Shown piece by piece: positions 17,461-27,378 of a stretch of DNA of 64,000 bases. Location of the stretch: IMG/VR virus record IMGVR_UViG_3300046311_000263, positions 1-64,000 of that record, one strand, 5' to 3'. Origin of the DNA: a virus. Position 1 is the stretch's first letter; each line of letters opens with the position of its first letter. The notes under the pieces were generated by a model. It was not told the DNA's origin. It saw only the letters and a list, made by a program, of their open reading frames with translations, and did no database searches. The translations under genes were made by a program, and so were the position numbers.

Positions 17461-17889
17461 ATGGCTTTAATGTTTAACCTTTATAATTTAGAGCTAGAAG
17501 CTGCAGGTAGTGATAGTCGTTTTATATCACTATTATCGAATCACTATTATAAGAAAATACCTAAAAAACAACATTTAATACCTAAACTAAATCTATACGG
17601 AAATAGTTTCATAGTATGGCCGGAGCCTTTATTTAATGCTCCTAAACACTTTGAGACTTCTTTAATCATACAATATATAAAACTAGCAGGTAGACGAGAC
17701 TATACTCTATTCAAAGAGTACGGTGTTTTAAGTTTACCTAAGTCTTATTATCCTGATTTAGATTATTCCAGTCTAGTATTAAATCCACTATTAAAAATCA
17801 CTAGAACAGATATTCTGTTTAAATTTGAAGAGCAAATAAGGAAAGAAAATGGCATTAGCATTCGGCAATACTCAAGGCAAAGCGATTAA
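17461..17889 (+). CDS. conserved T5-like hypothetical protein
   Basis: GAGG RBS before ATG 17461; lies between D10 and D11. Confidence 0.7.
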   Translation: MALMFNLYNLELEAAGSDSRFISLLSNHYYKKIPKKQHLIPKLNLYGNSFIVWPEPLFNAPKHFETSLIIQYIKLAGRRDYTLFKEYGVLSLPKSYYPDLDYSSLVLNPLLKITRTDILFKFEEQIRKENGISIRQYSRQSD

Positions 17890-18490
17890 GTCTCAGGTAG
17901 ACTCATACAAGTACGTTGATGGCGATAACGTTGTACGTATTTTTGGCGGCATTTTGCCGCGATATCTATATTGGTTAAAGGGTACTAATAATAAAGATAT
18001 CCCTGTTGAGTGCCTAGCATTTGATCGTGAGAAGGAAAAGTTCAACAACTTAGTAGTTGATCACGTTCCAGAGTTTTACCCTGATCTTAAGTGCAGCTGG
18101 TCGTACAGTATTAACTGTATTGACGTTAAGAATGGCGGAGCTGTTAAGGTACTGAACCTTAAGAAGAAGCTGTTTGAACAAATCAAAACCGCAGCGGAAG
18201 AATTAGGTGATCCTACAGATCCTGAAACAGGGTGGGATATTGTGTTCAAGCGAGTTAAAACTGGCCCGCACACTTTCAACGTTGAGTATACCTTAGCCGC
18301 CCTGAAGTGCAAGCGTCGTGCACTAACGGCTGAAGAGCTAGCCGCAATTGCTGCGGATCCGGGTATTGACGCTAAGTACCCTAGGGCAACTCCGGAAGAA
18401 GTATTAGCCACTTTAGAAAAGATCGCTAAGGGCGCTCAAGCCGAGGAAGAAGTTCCCGCTGAAGCTGCCGAAGCCGTATCGGATCTATAA
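17849..18490 (+). CDS. D11: T5 D11-like ssDNA-binding protein
   Basis: PRYLYW, ECLAFDR, LKKKLFEQI, GDPTDPETGWD, acidic tail; TAAGGA RBS. Confidence 0.85.
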   Translation: MALAFGNTQGKAIKSQVDSYKYVDGDNVVRIFGGILPRYLYWLKGTNNKDIPVECLAFDREKEKFNNLVVDHVPEFYPDLKCSWSYSINCIDVKNGGAVKVLNLKKKLFEQIKTAAEELGDPTDPETGWDIVFKRVKTGPHTFNVEYTLAALKCKRRALTAEELAAIAADPGIDAKYPRATPEEVLATLEKIAKGAQAEEEVPAEAAEAVSDL

Positions 18491-18495
18491 AAATA

Positions 18496-18532
18496 AAAAG
18501 CCCCCTAAGGTTGAGCCTATAGGGGGCTTTTC
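18496..18532 (+). terminator. intrinsic terminator
   Basis: AAAAGCCCCCTA-loop-TAGGGGGCTTTT. Confidence 0.85.
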
Positions 18533-18549
18533 TCACTGGAGATACATAA

Positions 18550-18939
18550 ATGCACATTACTGATTTTATAAAAGATGCTAGAAAGTATATGGTGGACACC
18601 TCTAGTACTTGCAATTATATAGGTCTTACACAACAAATTCGACAATACAGAACTATAGCATTACAGCTACCTAGAGGCAGTGGTAAAACTTACGCAGCTA
18701 ATAAAATACATACCAGTACGTCTTCCTTAATGTATGGCAACTACTTAAGTAGTTATTTTGATTACGAAGTTGAAAGACGTAAATTCATGGGACGTAGTTT
18801 TAGTGGATTAAAACTAAATTGCGTTATATTTGATGAATATAGAGAGACTCCAGAAGATTTCTATAAATTACTACTTAGTGTTTTAATACCTGCTAGATTA
18901 GTGTCGGAAGACTTTCATATAATTAGATTATACACATGA
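18550..18939 (+). CDS. small P-loop NTPase-like protein
   Basis: LPRGSGKT (Walker A) and CVIFDE (Walker B) in 129 aa; GGAG RBS. Confidence 0.6.
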   Translation: MHITDFIKDARKYMVDTSSTCNYIGLTQQIRQYRTIALQLPRGSGKTYAANKIHTSTSSLMYGNYLSSYFDYEVERRKFMGRSFSGLKLNCVIFDEYRETPEDFYKLLLSVLIPARLVSEDFHIIRLYT

Positions 18940-19883
18940 AAATACTATTCACAGCAGACATTCATTTAAAGTTAGGACAGAAGGGTGTACCTACGGAATG
19001 GTCAAAAAATAGATTTAAGTTATTCTTTAGTCAACTCAAAGATCTCAGCGCCAAGGTAGATTTAACCATACTAGGTGGGGATATTTTTGATAAGATACCT
19101 AGTATGGAAGAATTAGAGCTATACTACGATCTAATAGAAGCTATACAATCCAAGTGTTTTATCTATAGTGGGAATCATGAGGCTCTTAAGAAAAATACTA
19201 CCTTTCTTACTAATCTAAAGAAAGTAACTAGTAGACTGAATCCTAAGATACAGATTATTGATGATTTCTATAGCTACGAGAATATAGACTTCATTCCCTA
19301 TAATAAGCTGAAAGAGTATCATCCGGCGGATATAGATTTTCACGGAGATATTTTATGCACTCACGTAAGAGGAGAAATACCGCCCCATGTCAAGCCTGAG
19401 GTTTCCCTGGAATTATTTGATAGATGGCAAGTGGTCCTCGCTGGTGATCTCCATTCTTATGATAATTGCCAGCGCAATATTCTTTATCCTGGATCCCCCG
19501 TCACTACTTCATTCCATCGCAGCCGTGTCGATACGGGTGTTATCATTATTGATACTACTACACTTGATCATAGGTGGGTCAAGCTCGAACTTCCGCAACT
19601 TATTCGTAAAACAATCCGAGCAGGCGAGCCAATGCCAGCCGGAGAATACGATCACGTAGTATATGAAGTAGAAGGTGATGTAAGTGAGCTTTCTATGATT
19701 GAAAGCAGCGAACTAGTTGATAAGAAAGTTTTACGTAGAGTATCAGATATAGCTCTAATACTAGCAGCTGATATGAGTCTAGCTGATGAAGTACGCGAGT
19801 ACTTACTATATATTCTAGAATTAGACGAGTACAAGGTTAACGAATTAATAATGGAGTTTTCGAAATATGTCGACCATGACTAA
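18936..19883 (+). CDS. D12: SbcD/Mre11-like nuclease (T5 D12)
   Basis: ADIH, GGDIFD, GNHE, AGDLH, YPGSP. Confidence 0.9.
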   Translation: MKILFTADIHLKLGQKGVPTEWSKNRFKLFFSQLKDLSAKVDLTILGGDIFDKIPSMEELELYYDLIEAIQSKCFIYSGNHEALKKNTTFLTNLKKVTSRLNPKIQIIDDFYSYENIDFIPYNKLKEYHPADIDFHGDILCTHVRGEIPPHVKPEVSLELFDRWQVVLAGDLHSYDNCQRNILYPGSPVTTSFHRSRVDTGVIIIDTTTLDHRWVKLELPQLIRKTIRAGEPMPAGEYDHVVYEVEGDVSELSMIESSELVDKKVLRRVSDIALILAADMSLADEVREYLLYILELDEYKVNELIMEFSKYVDHD

Positions 19884-20112
19884 TATAATTGTATGGGGCC
19901 AAGCCAATTGCAGGTATTGTGATATGGCCAAACGCCTATTAGATTCTAAAGGATTAGCTTACGAGTATAGAGCTATAATGGGTATTGATAGCAAAAAAGA
20001 GTTTTTCGAAGCTACTAACGGTGCTAAATCTATACCGCAGATACTTATCAATGGTAAGTTGATAGGCGGATACGAGCAACTAAGGGCTCTTATTAATGAC
20101 CAGATTAATTAA
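19876..20112 (+). CDS. glutaredoxin
   Basis: CRYC, SIPQI, IGGY; GGAG RBS. Confidence 0.9.
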   Translation: MTNIIVWGQANCRYCDMAKRLLDSKGLAYEYRAIMGIDSKKEFFEATNGAKSIPQILINGKLIGGYEQLRALINDQIN

Positions 20113-21886
20113 ACTTAGATGGTCTAACGCTTTTTCATATGGAGATAACAACTCCATAAGTTTAGACGCATGCCCTTTATTACAATTAGTAGGCAAAAAC
20201 GGACACGGTAAAAGCAGTATCGCTTCTATTCTAGAAGAAGTTTTATTTAATAAAAACTCTAAAGGTATAAAGCGTACCAATGTACTAAATAGATATGTTA
20301 AGTCTAAGAGCTACACTATTAGTCTTGATTTTGAGAATAATGGGAGTCTGTATACTATTACTACTACAAGAGGTAGTACGCAGACAGTAGTGCTAACAAA
20401 AGACGGAAAAGATATAAGTGGACATACCTCTACAGCAACGTACAAGCTGATAGAAGAAATACTCGGTATCGATCATAAAGCTTTCTCACAGATAGTGTAT
20501 CAAAGCGATCCATTTAGTTTAGAGTTTTTAACTGCTACAGATACTAATCGTAAAAAGTTTTTAATCGATCTACTGAATCTAACCAAATATACTAAGGCTG
20601 CCGAATTCTTTAAACTACAGCTAAAAGAGCTTAATAAAGAACTAGAGATAACACAAGCTAAGCTAAATTCAGTTAAGTCATGGATTGCCAAATTTAAAAA
20701 TGAAGACCTAATTCCTATAGAATTAGTAACAATACCAGAAAAAGATACTATAAGCCCAACTACTCTAGCCGCAAAACAGTTAGATCTTAGTAAGCTAGAA
20801 AGTACTAATAAAAAGATCGTACAAAATAATAAGTATATTCAGCTATTATCAAGTATATCTTTTACATCTGTCAGCGCCCCTAATATAGATCTTACCGAAA
20901 TAGGTGTTAGGTTAGCTACTGCTAAAAGTCATGTAACTAAGCTACAAACTGGAATATCTGGCGCAGGACCTATTTTATCCAAATGCCCTAGCTGCGGGCA
21001 GGCTATAGATAGTAGCCACAAGAAAAAAATAGTAGAAGAGTGCACAGCAGCATTGCCAGCAGCAAAACAGTTAGTATCAACTATTACTACTGAAAAACTA
21101 GCAGCAGAAAAGTTACTAGAAGAATATAACACTTCTCTAACTAAACAGGCGGAGATTGAAAAGTATCACGCATTAATAGACAAAACTTTACCGCTAACAC
21201 AGTTAGTAGCTTCTATTATCGAAGACGAAATTAAACTGTTAAAAGCAAATATAGATGCAAACTCTAGTGCTATAGATAAGGCTAGTAAGCACAATCAGCG
21301 CGCTTCGGCGCACAACGCTAGGGTAGAAGTAATGCTTACTCAAAAAGACTCTATGGAGAAAGACTTAGAGAAGTTAACGGTTCAGGAAAAGGAACAGTTA
21401 ATTAGGGTATCTAATCTACAAATACTTATTAAAACGTTTAGCCCTACAGGGCTGGTAGCATATAAGATAGAAACCTTAGTCAAAGATCTAGAAGATATTA
21501 CTAATAAATATCTATTGGATATGAGCGATGGTAGATTCCAACTAGGCTTTAAGATTACATCTGCGGATAAGTTAGATGTAATTATAACTGATAACGGTGT
21601 AGATATTGATATATTTGCACTAAGTAATGGCGAATTAGCAAGAGTCAACGTATCTACTCTGCTAGCTATCAGAAAGCTTATGCAGTCGTTGTCTAATACA
21701 ACTATTAATTTACTTATATTAGACGAAACCGTAGAGTCCTTAGATGTAGACGGAAAAGAAAGATTAGTAGAAGTTCTATTAAAAGAAGAACATTTAAATA
21801 CTATTCTTGTCAGCCATGGGTTCTCTCATCCATTACTAGAAAAAATTAATGTAGTAAAGGAGAATAATGTATCAAGGATTGAATAA
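20096..21886 (+). CDS. D13: SbcC/Rad50-like ATPase (T5 D13)
   Basis: GKNGHGKS, CPSC zinc hook, LSNGE, LILDE, SH. Confidence 0.92.
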   Translation: MTRLIKLRWSNAFSYGDNNSISLDACPLLQLVGKNGHGKSSIASILEEVLFNKNSKGIKRTNVLNRYVKSKSYTISLDFENNGSLYTITTTRGSTQTVVLTKDGKDISGHTSTATYKLIEEILGIDHKAFSQIVYQSDPFSLEFLTATDTNRKKFLIDLLNLTKYTKAAEFFKLQLKELNKELEITQAKLNSVKSWIAKFKNEDLIPIELVTIPEKDTISPTTLAAKQLDLSKLESTNKKIVQNNKYIQLLSSISFTSVSAPNIDLTEIGVRLATAKSHVTKLQTGISGAGPILSKCPSCGQAIDSSHKKKIVEECTAALPAAKQLVSTITTEKLAAEKLLEEYNTSLTKQAEIEKYHALIDKTLPLTQLVASIIEDEIKLLKANIDANSSAIDKASKHNQRASAHNARVEVMLTQKDSMEKDLEKLTVQEKEQLIRVSNLQILIKTFSPTGLVAYKIETLVKDLEDITNKYLLDMSDGRFQLGFKITSADKLDVIITDNGVDIDIFALSNGELARVNVSTLLAIRKLMQSLSNTTINLLILDETVESLDVDGKERLVEVLLKEEHLNTILVSHGFSHPLLEKINVVKENNVSRIE

Positions 21887-22338
21887 TGGTAGATGTAAGA
21901 GCTAAAGGCGCTAAAGCAGAAACGGACGTACGTAATATACTTAGGAAACACACTGGACTATCGTGGGAACGAACTCCTGGGTCGGGCGCTTTAGATCCTA
22001 AGCATCTGCTGAAAGGAGATTTATACGTACCGGGGGAATCTAACCTATATTGTGTAGAAGTTAAGCACTACGCCGAAGATCATATAAACAGTGGTATACT
22101 GACTCATAAGCTACCTCAAGTTATAGAATGGTGGCAGCAAACATCAAGGCAAGGTATTCAGGTAGGCAGAAAACCTGTCTTGATTTTTAAGTTCAATCGT
22201 AGTAAAATATTTGTTAGCTACGAGGATATGCCAAACTCCGACTACAGATACATCTTTATCAAAGTAGGTGAGCATGAATTATATATTGCACTTCTAGAAG
22301 ATTGGCTATTACATGATAACCCTAAATTTATAAAATGA
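21886..22338 (+). CDS. D14: PD-(D/E)xK nuclease / Holliday junction resolvase (T5 D14)
   Basis: RAKGAKAE, SGA, GDL, VEVKHY. Confidence 0.85.
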   Translation: MVDVRAKGAKAETDVRNILRKHTGLSWERTPGSGALDPKHLLKGDLYVPGESNLYCVEVKHYAEDHINSGILTHKLPQVIEWWQQTSRQGIQVGRKPVLIFKFNRSKIFVSYEDMPNSDYRYIFIKVGEHELYIALLEDWLLHDNPKFIK

Positions 22339-23189
22339 CAGTAAGCTTTAAACAAATGACTACCGCTGAGCCAAATACAGTAATGGTGGTAGACGCCCTA
22401 AATTTAGCATTTAGATATAAACACTCTAAAGCTAAAAGTTTCGTAGATGATTACTTACATACAGTAGATAGCTTGAAAAAATCTTATAAAGCAGCTAAAG
22501 TTATTATTACCTGCGATGCTGGTAGTAGCTCCTATAGAAAAAACTTATTTCCTGAATATAAGCAAAATCGTAAAGATAAACAAGAAACACAAACTGAACA
22601 AGAACGCGCAGAATTCGAGGTATTCTTTGAAGAGTTTATGAGAGTTATGGATGTGTATGCCGAGGGGCATGACTACCCACTACTACGTTTTGATAAATGC
22701 GAAGCAGACGACATTGCCGCTTATATAGTAAACAAGCGTAGAAAAAAGAACAAGATATGGCTTATTAGTTCAGATAAAGACTGGGATCTGCTTATAAGTG
22801 AGTCTGTATCTAGATTTTCCTATGTAACTAGAAAGCAGATAACTTATGATAACTGGCATGAGCATTATGATTATAGCATCGATGATCATATTAGTATTAA
22901 GTGTCTTACTGGCGACACTGGCGACAACATACCTGGCGTATCAGGTATTGGCCCTAAAAAAGCCTTTGCACTTGTTCAAGAATTCGGCTCTACTTACGAT
23001 ATTATTGCATCTTTGCCCATATCTAGCAAGTATAAGCATATTGCTAACCTTAATGACTTTGGGGCTGAAGCACTACTTCTTAACTATAGGCTAATGGATT
23101 TACAGTCTAATTGTGCAGAAGCGTTAGGCGAAGAAAACTGTGCCACTATTGATAAAGTCTTAAAGGAATATTTAGATGGAAATAATTGA
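22335..23189 (+). CDS. D15: flap endonuclease / 5'-3' exonuclease (T5 D15)
   Basis: VDALN, YKQNR, EADD, SSDKD, GDTGDNIPGVSGIGPKKA. Confidence 0.94.
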   Translation: MTVSFKQMTTAEPNTVMVVDALNLAFRYKHSKAKSFVDDYLHTVDSLKKSYKAAKVIITCDAGSSSYRKNLFPEYKQNRKDKQETQTEQERAEFEVFFEEFMRVMDVYAEGHDYPLLRFDKCEADDIAAYIVNKRRKKNKIWLISSDKDWDLLISESVSRFSYVTRKQITYDNWHEHYDYSIDDHISIKCLTGDTGDNIPGVSGIGPKKAFALVQEFGSTYDIIASLPISSKYKHIANLNDFGAEALLLNYRLMDLQSNCAEALGEENCATIDKVLKEYLDGNN

Positions 23190-23499
23190 TAACGCTATTA
23201 AAAAAGCAATTCTATTAAGACAGGATTACGCAAATCATGTAGTATACGGAGAATTGCTGGCTACTTGCCTAATACTAGGATCCCTAGTATTAATGTTATT
23301 AGCTAGGTCTATGTCTGATTTATGGTGGGTGCCTCCGGCGGTGTCTATGACTATCGTAGCTGCCTTAGCTGCTTTTAAAGAAGTCTATAGTGTTTATAGT
23401 GGCAAAGGCGAAGCCTCTGGAAAAGATTTTTTATACACTATGTACGGAGCAGTACTAGTTAATTTAGTGTACATATTAGGAGTTGTAGTAGTTAAATGA
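23176..23499 (+). CDS. putative membrane protein (about 3 TM)
   Basis: Hydrophobic segments; AAGGA RBS. Confidence 0.65.
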   Translation: MEIIDNAIKKAILLRQDYANHVVYGELLATCLILGSLVLMLLARSMSDLWWVPPAVSMTIVAALAAFKEVYSVYSGKGEASGKDFLYTMYGAVLVNLVYILGVVVVK

Positions 23500-23927
23500 A
23501 TATAGATATTAAAGTAAGTAGTCCAATGCTGACGCCGGTTAGAGCCCATCCGTCAGATGCAGGAGCAGACCTAAAATGCACTAGTGACTATGTATTAATG
23601 CCAGGTCAACATTCCTCTATGTTAGATACGGGAGTAGCTGTTAAAATACCTGTTGGTTATGTAGGATTGGTGTTTAGTCGATCTAGTCAAGGAGTAACTG
23701 GAGTAAGGCTAGCGAATAGCGTAGGCGTAATTGATTCCGACTACAGAGGTAATATAAAAGTAATTCTAGCTAATGACGGTACTGTTCCGTATAAAATAGA
23801 AGCAGGTTCAACAAAAATCGCCCAACTAGTAATAGTACCTATTGTACTAGCTAATTTTATTGTACAGAATGATTCTGATTGGAATAATACTGTTCGTGGA
23901 GTTAATGGGTTTGGGAGCACTAATTAA
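23496..23927 (+). CDS. dut: trimeric dUTPase
   Basis: AGADL, SRSS, GVIDSDYRG, IAQLV, RG..GFGST. Confidence 0.95.
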   Translation: MNIDIKVSSPMLTPVRAHPSDAGADLKCTSDYVLMPGQHSSMLDTGVAVKIPVGYVGLVFSRSSQGVTGVRLANSVGVIDSDYRGNIKVILANDGTVPYKIEAGSTKIAQLVIVPIVLANFIVQNDSDWNNTVRGVNGFGSTN

Positions 23928-26014
23928 TGGCAGTAAGTACAAGAGCACAAGTAATAACACGTCGTACGTATAATAGGCCTTTAAACGCTGAAGGTACAGT
24001 ATTTGAAACGTGGGCGCAAACGGTAAATAGAGTTATACTGCACCAGACCTTTTTATGGGAAAGAGCAAAAACTGCTAATGTACTAGAAGGCATGCCGCTG
24101 CATGATGTTACTCCTGATTTACAAGAATGGGTATATCTTAATAGTACCGAAATTCAGGAACTAGAAGAATTACGAAAATTGCTGCTAGCACGTAAGTTAG
24201 CAGTAGCAGGTCGTACCCTATGGCTTGGTGGTACGGATATAGCGCGTCGCCGCGAAGCTAGTATGTTCAACTGTAGCTTTACTAACGTGGAAACGGTATA
24301 TGACGCCGTTGATGTGTTCTGGCTACTATTGCAGGGGTGCGGTGTAGGCTTTAGGCCAGTTAGTGGTACTTTAACTGGTTTTCGTAACTATATTCCAGAA
24401 TTAGAAATTATTCGTAGTAATAATTCTACCAGTAAAGGTAGGGAAAATAACGAAGAAAACTGGGATGCCACAAACAAGATATGGACCCTTAGCGTAGGCG
24501 ACTCGGCTGAAGCATGGGCCAAAAGTATTGGAAAAATGCTAGCCGGCAAGTACCCAGCAAAGAAACTTATTCTGGACTTTAGTCAGATTCGTAAGCCTGG
24601 AATACGTTTAAAAAATTATGGTTGGCTGAGTCAGGGCGACGTAGGCATGGCCAAAGCTTACACACAAGTATATGATCTTCTAAACGCAAAAGCAGACTCC
24701 TTACTTACCGAAATAGACATTCTGGATATTATGAACCTATTAGGTACGGTGCTATCCACGCGCCGAAGTGCGCAAATTGCCGTAATGGATGACTACAATG
24801 CTGCTGTATACGAATTTGCGGAAGCTAAGGTAGGTATCTGGGATAATGGTAAACAGCACCGTAGCCAGAGTAATAATTCTATTATTTTCTGGAAGAAGCC
24901 TACTAAACGTGAACTTACTACTTGGTTCGAAAAGATAAATCGTGGCGGAAACGGAGAACCCGGTTTAATTAACGGACAACAGCTTCGAGCTAGAGCTCCT
25001 TGGGCTCAAGGTATGAATCCTTGTGCAGAAATTCTATTACCCAATAAAGGGTTCTGTAATTTAGTAAGTATTGACTTACTTAAATTTAAAGGAAACGTAT
25101 TAGGATTACATGCTGCTGCTAGAATAGTTGCTAGAGCTAACTACAGACAGACGGTAGTGGATTTCCGAGACGGTATTCTACAAGAAGCATGGCACCTTAA
25201 TAATGAGCATCTACGCCTATGTGGTGTGTCTCTAATGAGCGTAGCTGGACGTACCGATATGCGTTCATATGAATATCGTAGATTAGAAAGATCTGCTACA
25301 GCTGCTGCATATGAAATGGCGGATGAGCTAGGACTACCAAGGCCTAAAAACGTAACAGCGCTTAAGCCTGAGGGTACTCAAAGTAAATGTTACGACGCGT
25401 ATGAGGGAATGCACAAACCGCTAGGTAAATTCATTCTCAACAATGTGGCGTTCAGTAAATATGATCCTTTAGTAGAGCAGTTGCGTGCGGCTAACTATAA
25501 TGTATTTAATCATCCATATGATGATTCAGCTACGTTAATTACATTCCCTGTTAAAAACGAGGGGGTCGATTTCGACATTGTAAACGGTAAAGAAGTTAAC
25601 AACGATACTGCTATACAACAGCTAGAAGTATATAAAATGCTAATGGATAGCTACTGTCAGCAAAACGTAAGTTGCACTATAAGTTATAGTGTTGATGAAA
25701 CTGAAGAAATTGTAGACTGGTTATACAGTAACTGGGATAGCTATGTTGCTGTAAGCTTCTTATTTAGAAATGATGCTAGCAAGACTGCGGCGGATTTAGG
25801 TTATCCATATCTGCCGCAAGAAGTGACTACTAAGGAAATCTATGAGGCTTATGTAGCCAAACTTCTACCTGTATATATAGACGAGCAGTCTCCGCAACTA
25901 GAAGACAGTGTTATAATGGAATATAACGTAGTTGCTAAAGATAGTACGGAAGACGAGAATTTCTTTGAACTAAGCGATGCAGATTGCGCAACGGGCGCTT
26001 GCCCAGTAAGGTAA
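23927..26014 (+). CDS. nrdJ: class II (adenosylcobalamin-dependent) monomeric ribonucleotide reductase
   Basis: RRTYNR, FNCSF, GCGVG, NPCAEI, KPEGT, C-terminal CATGACPVR. Confidence 0.92.
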   Translation: MAVSTRAQVITRRTYNRPLNAEGTVFETWAQTVNRVILHQTFLWERAKTANVLEGMPLHDVTPDLQEWVYLNSTEIQELEELRKLLLARKLAVAGRTLWLGGTDIARRREASMFNCSFTNVETVYDAVDVFWLLLQGCGVGFRPVSGTLTGFRNYIPELEIIRSNNSTSKGRENNEENWDATNKIWTLSVGDSAEAWAKSIGKMLAGKYPAKKLILDFSQIRKPGIRLKNYGWLSQGDVGMAKAYTQVYDLLNAKADSLLTEIDILDIMNLLGTVLSTRRSAQIAVMDDYNAAVYEFAEAKVGIWDNGKQHRSQSNNSIIFWKKPTKRELTTWFEKINRGGNGEPGLINGQQLRARAPWAQGMNPCAEILLPNKGFCNLVSIDLLKFKGNVLGLHAAARIVARANYRQTVVDFRDGILQEAWHLNNEHLRLCGVSLMSVAGRTDMRSYEYRRLERSATAAAYEMADELGLPRPKNVTALKPEGTQSKCYDAYEGMHKPLGKFILNNVAFSKYDPLVEQLRAANYNVFNHPYDDSATLITFPVKNEGVDFDIVNGKEVNNDTAIQQLEVYKMLMDSYCQQNVSCTISYSVDETEEIVDWLYSNWDSYVAVSFLFRNDASKTAADLGYPYLPQEVTTKEIYEAYVAKLLPVYIDEQSPQLEDSVIMEYNVVAKDSTEDENFFELSDADCATGACPVR

Positions 26015-26018
26015 CGAA

Positions 26019-26333
26019 ATGGACGAAATTGAATCAATGATCAAGTCTAAAGGACTCAACGCCCCTAGGGTTACTCCTGCTGACATTGATGCGGCCATTA
26101 CAACAGTAACGTATACTATGCTACCTAGTGGTAAAGTAATGGTATGCGAAATTACGCTACGTAATGGATTTACCGTTAGAGGAGAGGCCAGCACTGTTAG
26201 CCCCGAAAACTTTGATGAAGAAATAGGTAGAAGCATTTCGTTTAGGAACGCCAGAGATGCAATTTGGCAACTAGAAGGATACCTTCTTCAGGAAAGTCTG
26301 TACTTAGCTAAATTAAACAGCCGATACTCATAA
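26019..26333 (+). CDS. N4 gp49/Sf6 gp66-family protein
   Basis: PRVTPADI, CEITLRNGFTVRGEAS.VSPENFDEEIG, IWQLEGYLL. Confidence 0.8.
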   Translation: MDEIESMIKSKGLNAPRVTPADIDAAITTVTYTMLPSGKVMVCEITLRNGFTVRGEASTVSPENFDEEIGRSISFRNARDAIWQLEGYLLQESLYLAKLNSRYS

Positions 26334-26335
26334 AG

Positions 26336-26375
26336 AAAAAAGCCCCTACAGCACTATACTGTAGGGGCTTTTTTT
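26336..26375. terminator. bidirectional terminator between the early and late arms
   Basis: AAAAAAGCCCCTACAG-loop-CTGTAGGGGCTTTTTT between convergent genes. Confidence 0.92.
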
Positions 26376-27369
26376 ATTTTAAGAACTTATTAAGAAAATC
26401 TACGGTGGTTTCTTGAATAGGCTGAGAAGTCCAGGGGAAGGTTCCTCTATTACCGTGACTAGCTCCCTGTACAACTCTACGAATAGCACATCTATTAACC
26501 GAATCAATAGCTTCTTTTAATAATTGACTTTGTCCCATAGGTACCGTACAATCTTGATCTCCGTGTAATATATACATAGGCGGAGGTACAAAAGTACCAA
26601 CATAACTTATAGGATTAGCGCTTGTTATCTGTTCAGCACAGGTAGGGTCTAATAGACCTGCCTCGCAGCCTAATACTCTAGATTCCGCGGAGGTAGCATC
26701 GTTATGATTACTTCCTCCAGTAGAGCAGCCTTGCAACTGTAGCTGACTATCCATTTCGTCAAACTTTGTAGGCCCATACCAGGAAATTGCAGCCTGTACA
26801 GAACTGGAGACCCCACTATTACCTAAAGTAGTGTCCTCAAACTCTGGTACCACTCTAGCTGTAGCGGCTAAGGCGGCTAAGTGCCCACCGGCAGATGATC
26901 CGAAAGTAGCTATTCTAGTACCTTTTACATTTAAAGTACTTGCATTAAGTTTAATGTATCTAATAGCTGCTTTTATGTCCTGTATTTGCGCAGGAAATAC
27001 CGCTTCTCCGGATAATCTATAGTTAATAGAAGCTACCGCGTATCCGGCACATACTAAACGTTTTACCTGCTGAATATTGCTTTTATCTCCATTAGCCCAG
27101 CCTCCCCCATGAATCCATATTACTACTGGAGCAGGATTAACAGCTGGTCTGTATAGATCAAACTTATGAGCAAGATTACCTGTAGTAGTATAAGATATGT
27201 CCTTTATAGCGTCTAAATCATGAATACAGTTAGGAGCTTCTGTAAATTCAGGTACCAGTATCACATTATCTTTTAGATTGGTTTGTACAGTAGGGCAACT
27301 AGAGGTCTGTGCTATAGCTATGTTTACTGTTAATAAACTAGCTATAAGATATAATAGTATCTTTTTCAT
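26374..27369 (-). CDS. secreted alpha/beta-hydrolase (HSL/BD-FAE-like esterase)
   Basis: Signal peptide MKKILLYLIASLLTVNIAIA, HGGGW, NYRLS, GSSAGG, HGDQD..VP, GASH. Confidence 0.9.
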   Translation of the reverse strand: MKKILLYLIASLLTVNIAIAQTSSCPTVQTNLKDNVILVPEFTEAPNCIHDLDAIKDISYTTTGNLAHKFDLYRPAVNPAPVVIWIHGGGWANGDKSNIQQVKRLVCAGYAVASINYRLSGEAVFPAQIQDIKAAIRYIKLNASTLNVKGTRIATFGSSAGGHLAALAATARVVPEFEDTTLGNSGVSSSVQAAISWYGPTKFDEMDSQLQLQGCSTGGSNHNDATSAESRVLGCEAGLLDPTCAEQITSANPISYVGTFVPPPMYILHGDQDCTVPMGQSQLLKEAIDSVNRCAIRRVVQGASHGNRGTFPWTSQPIQETTVDFLNKFLK

Positions 27370-27378
27370 TAATAACTT

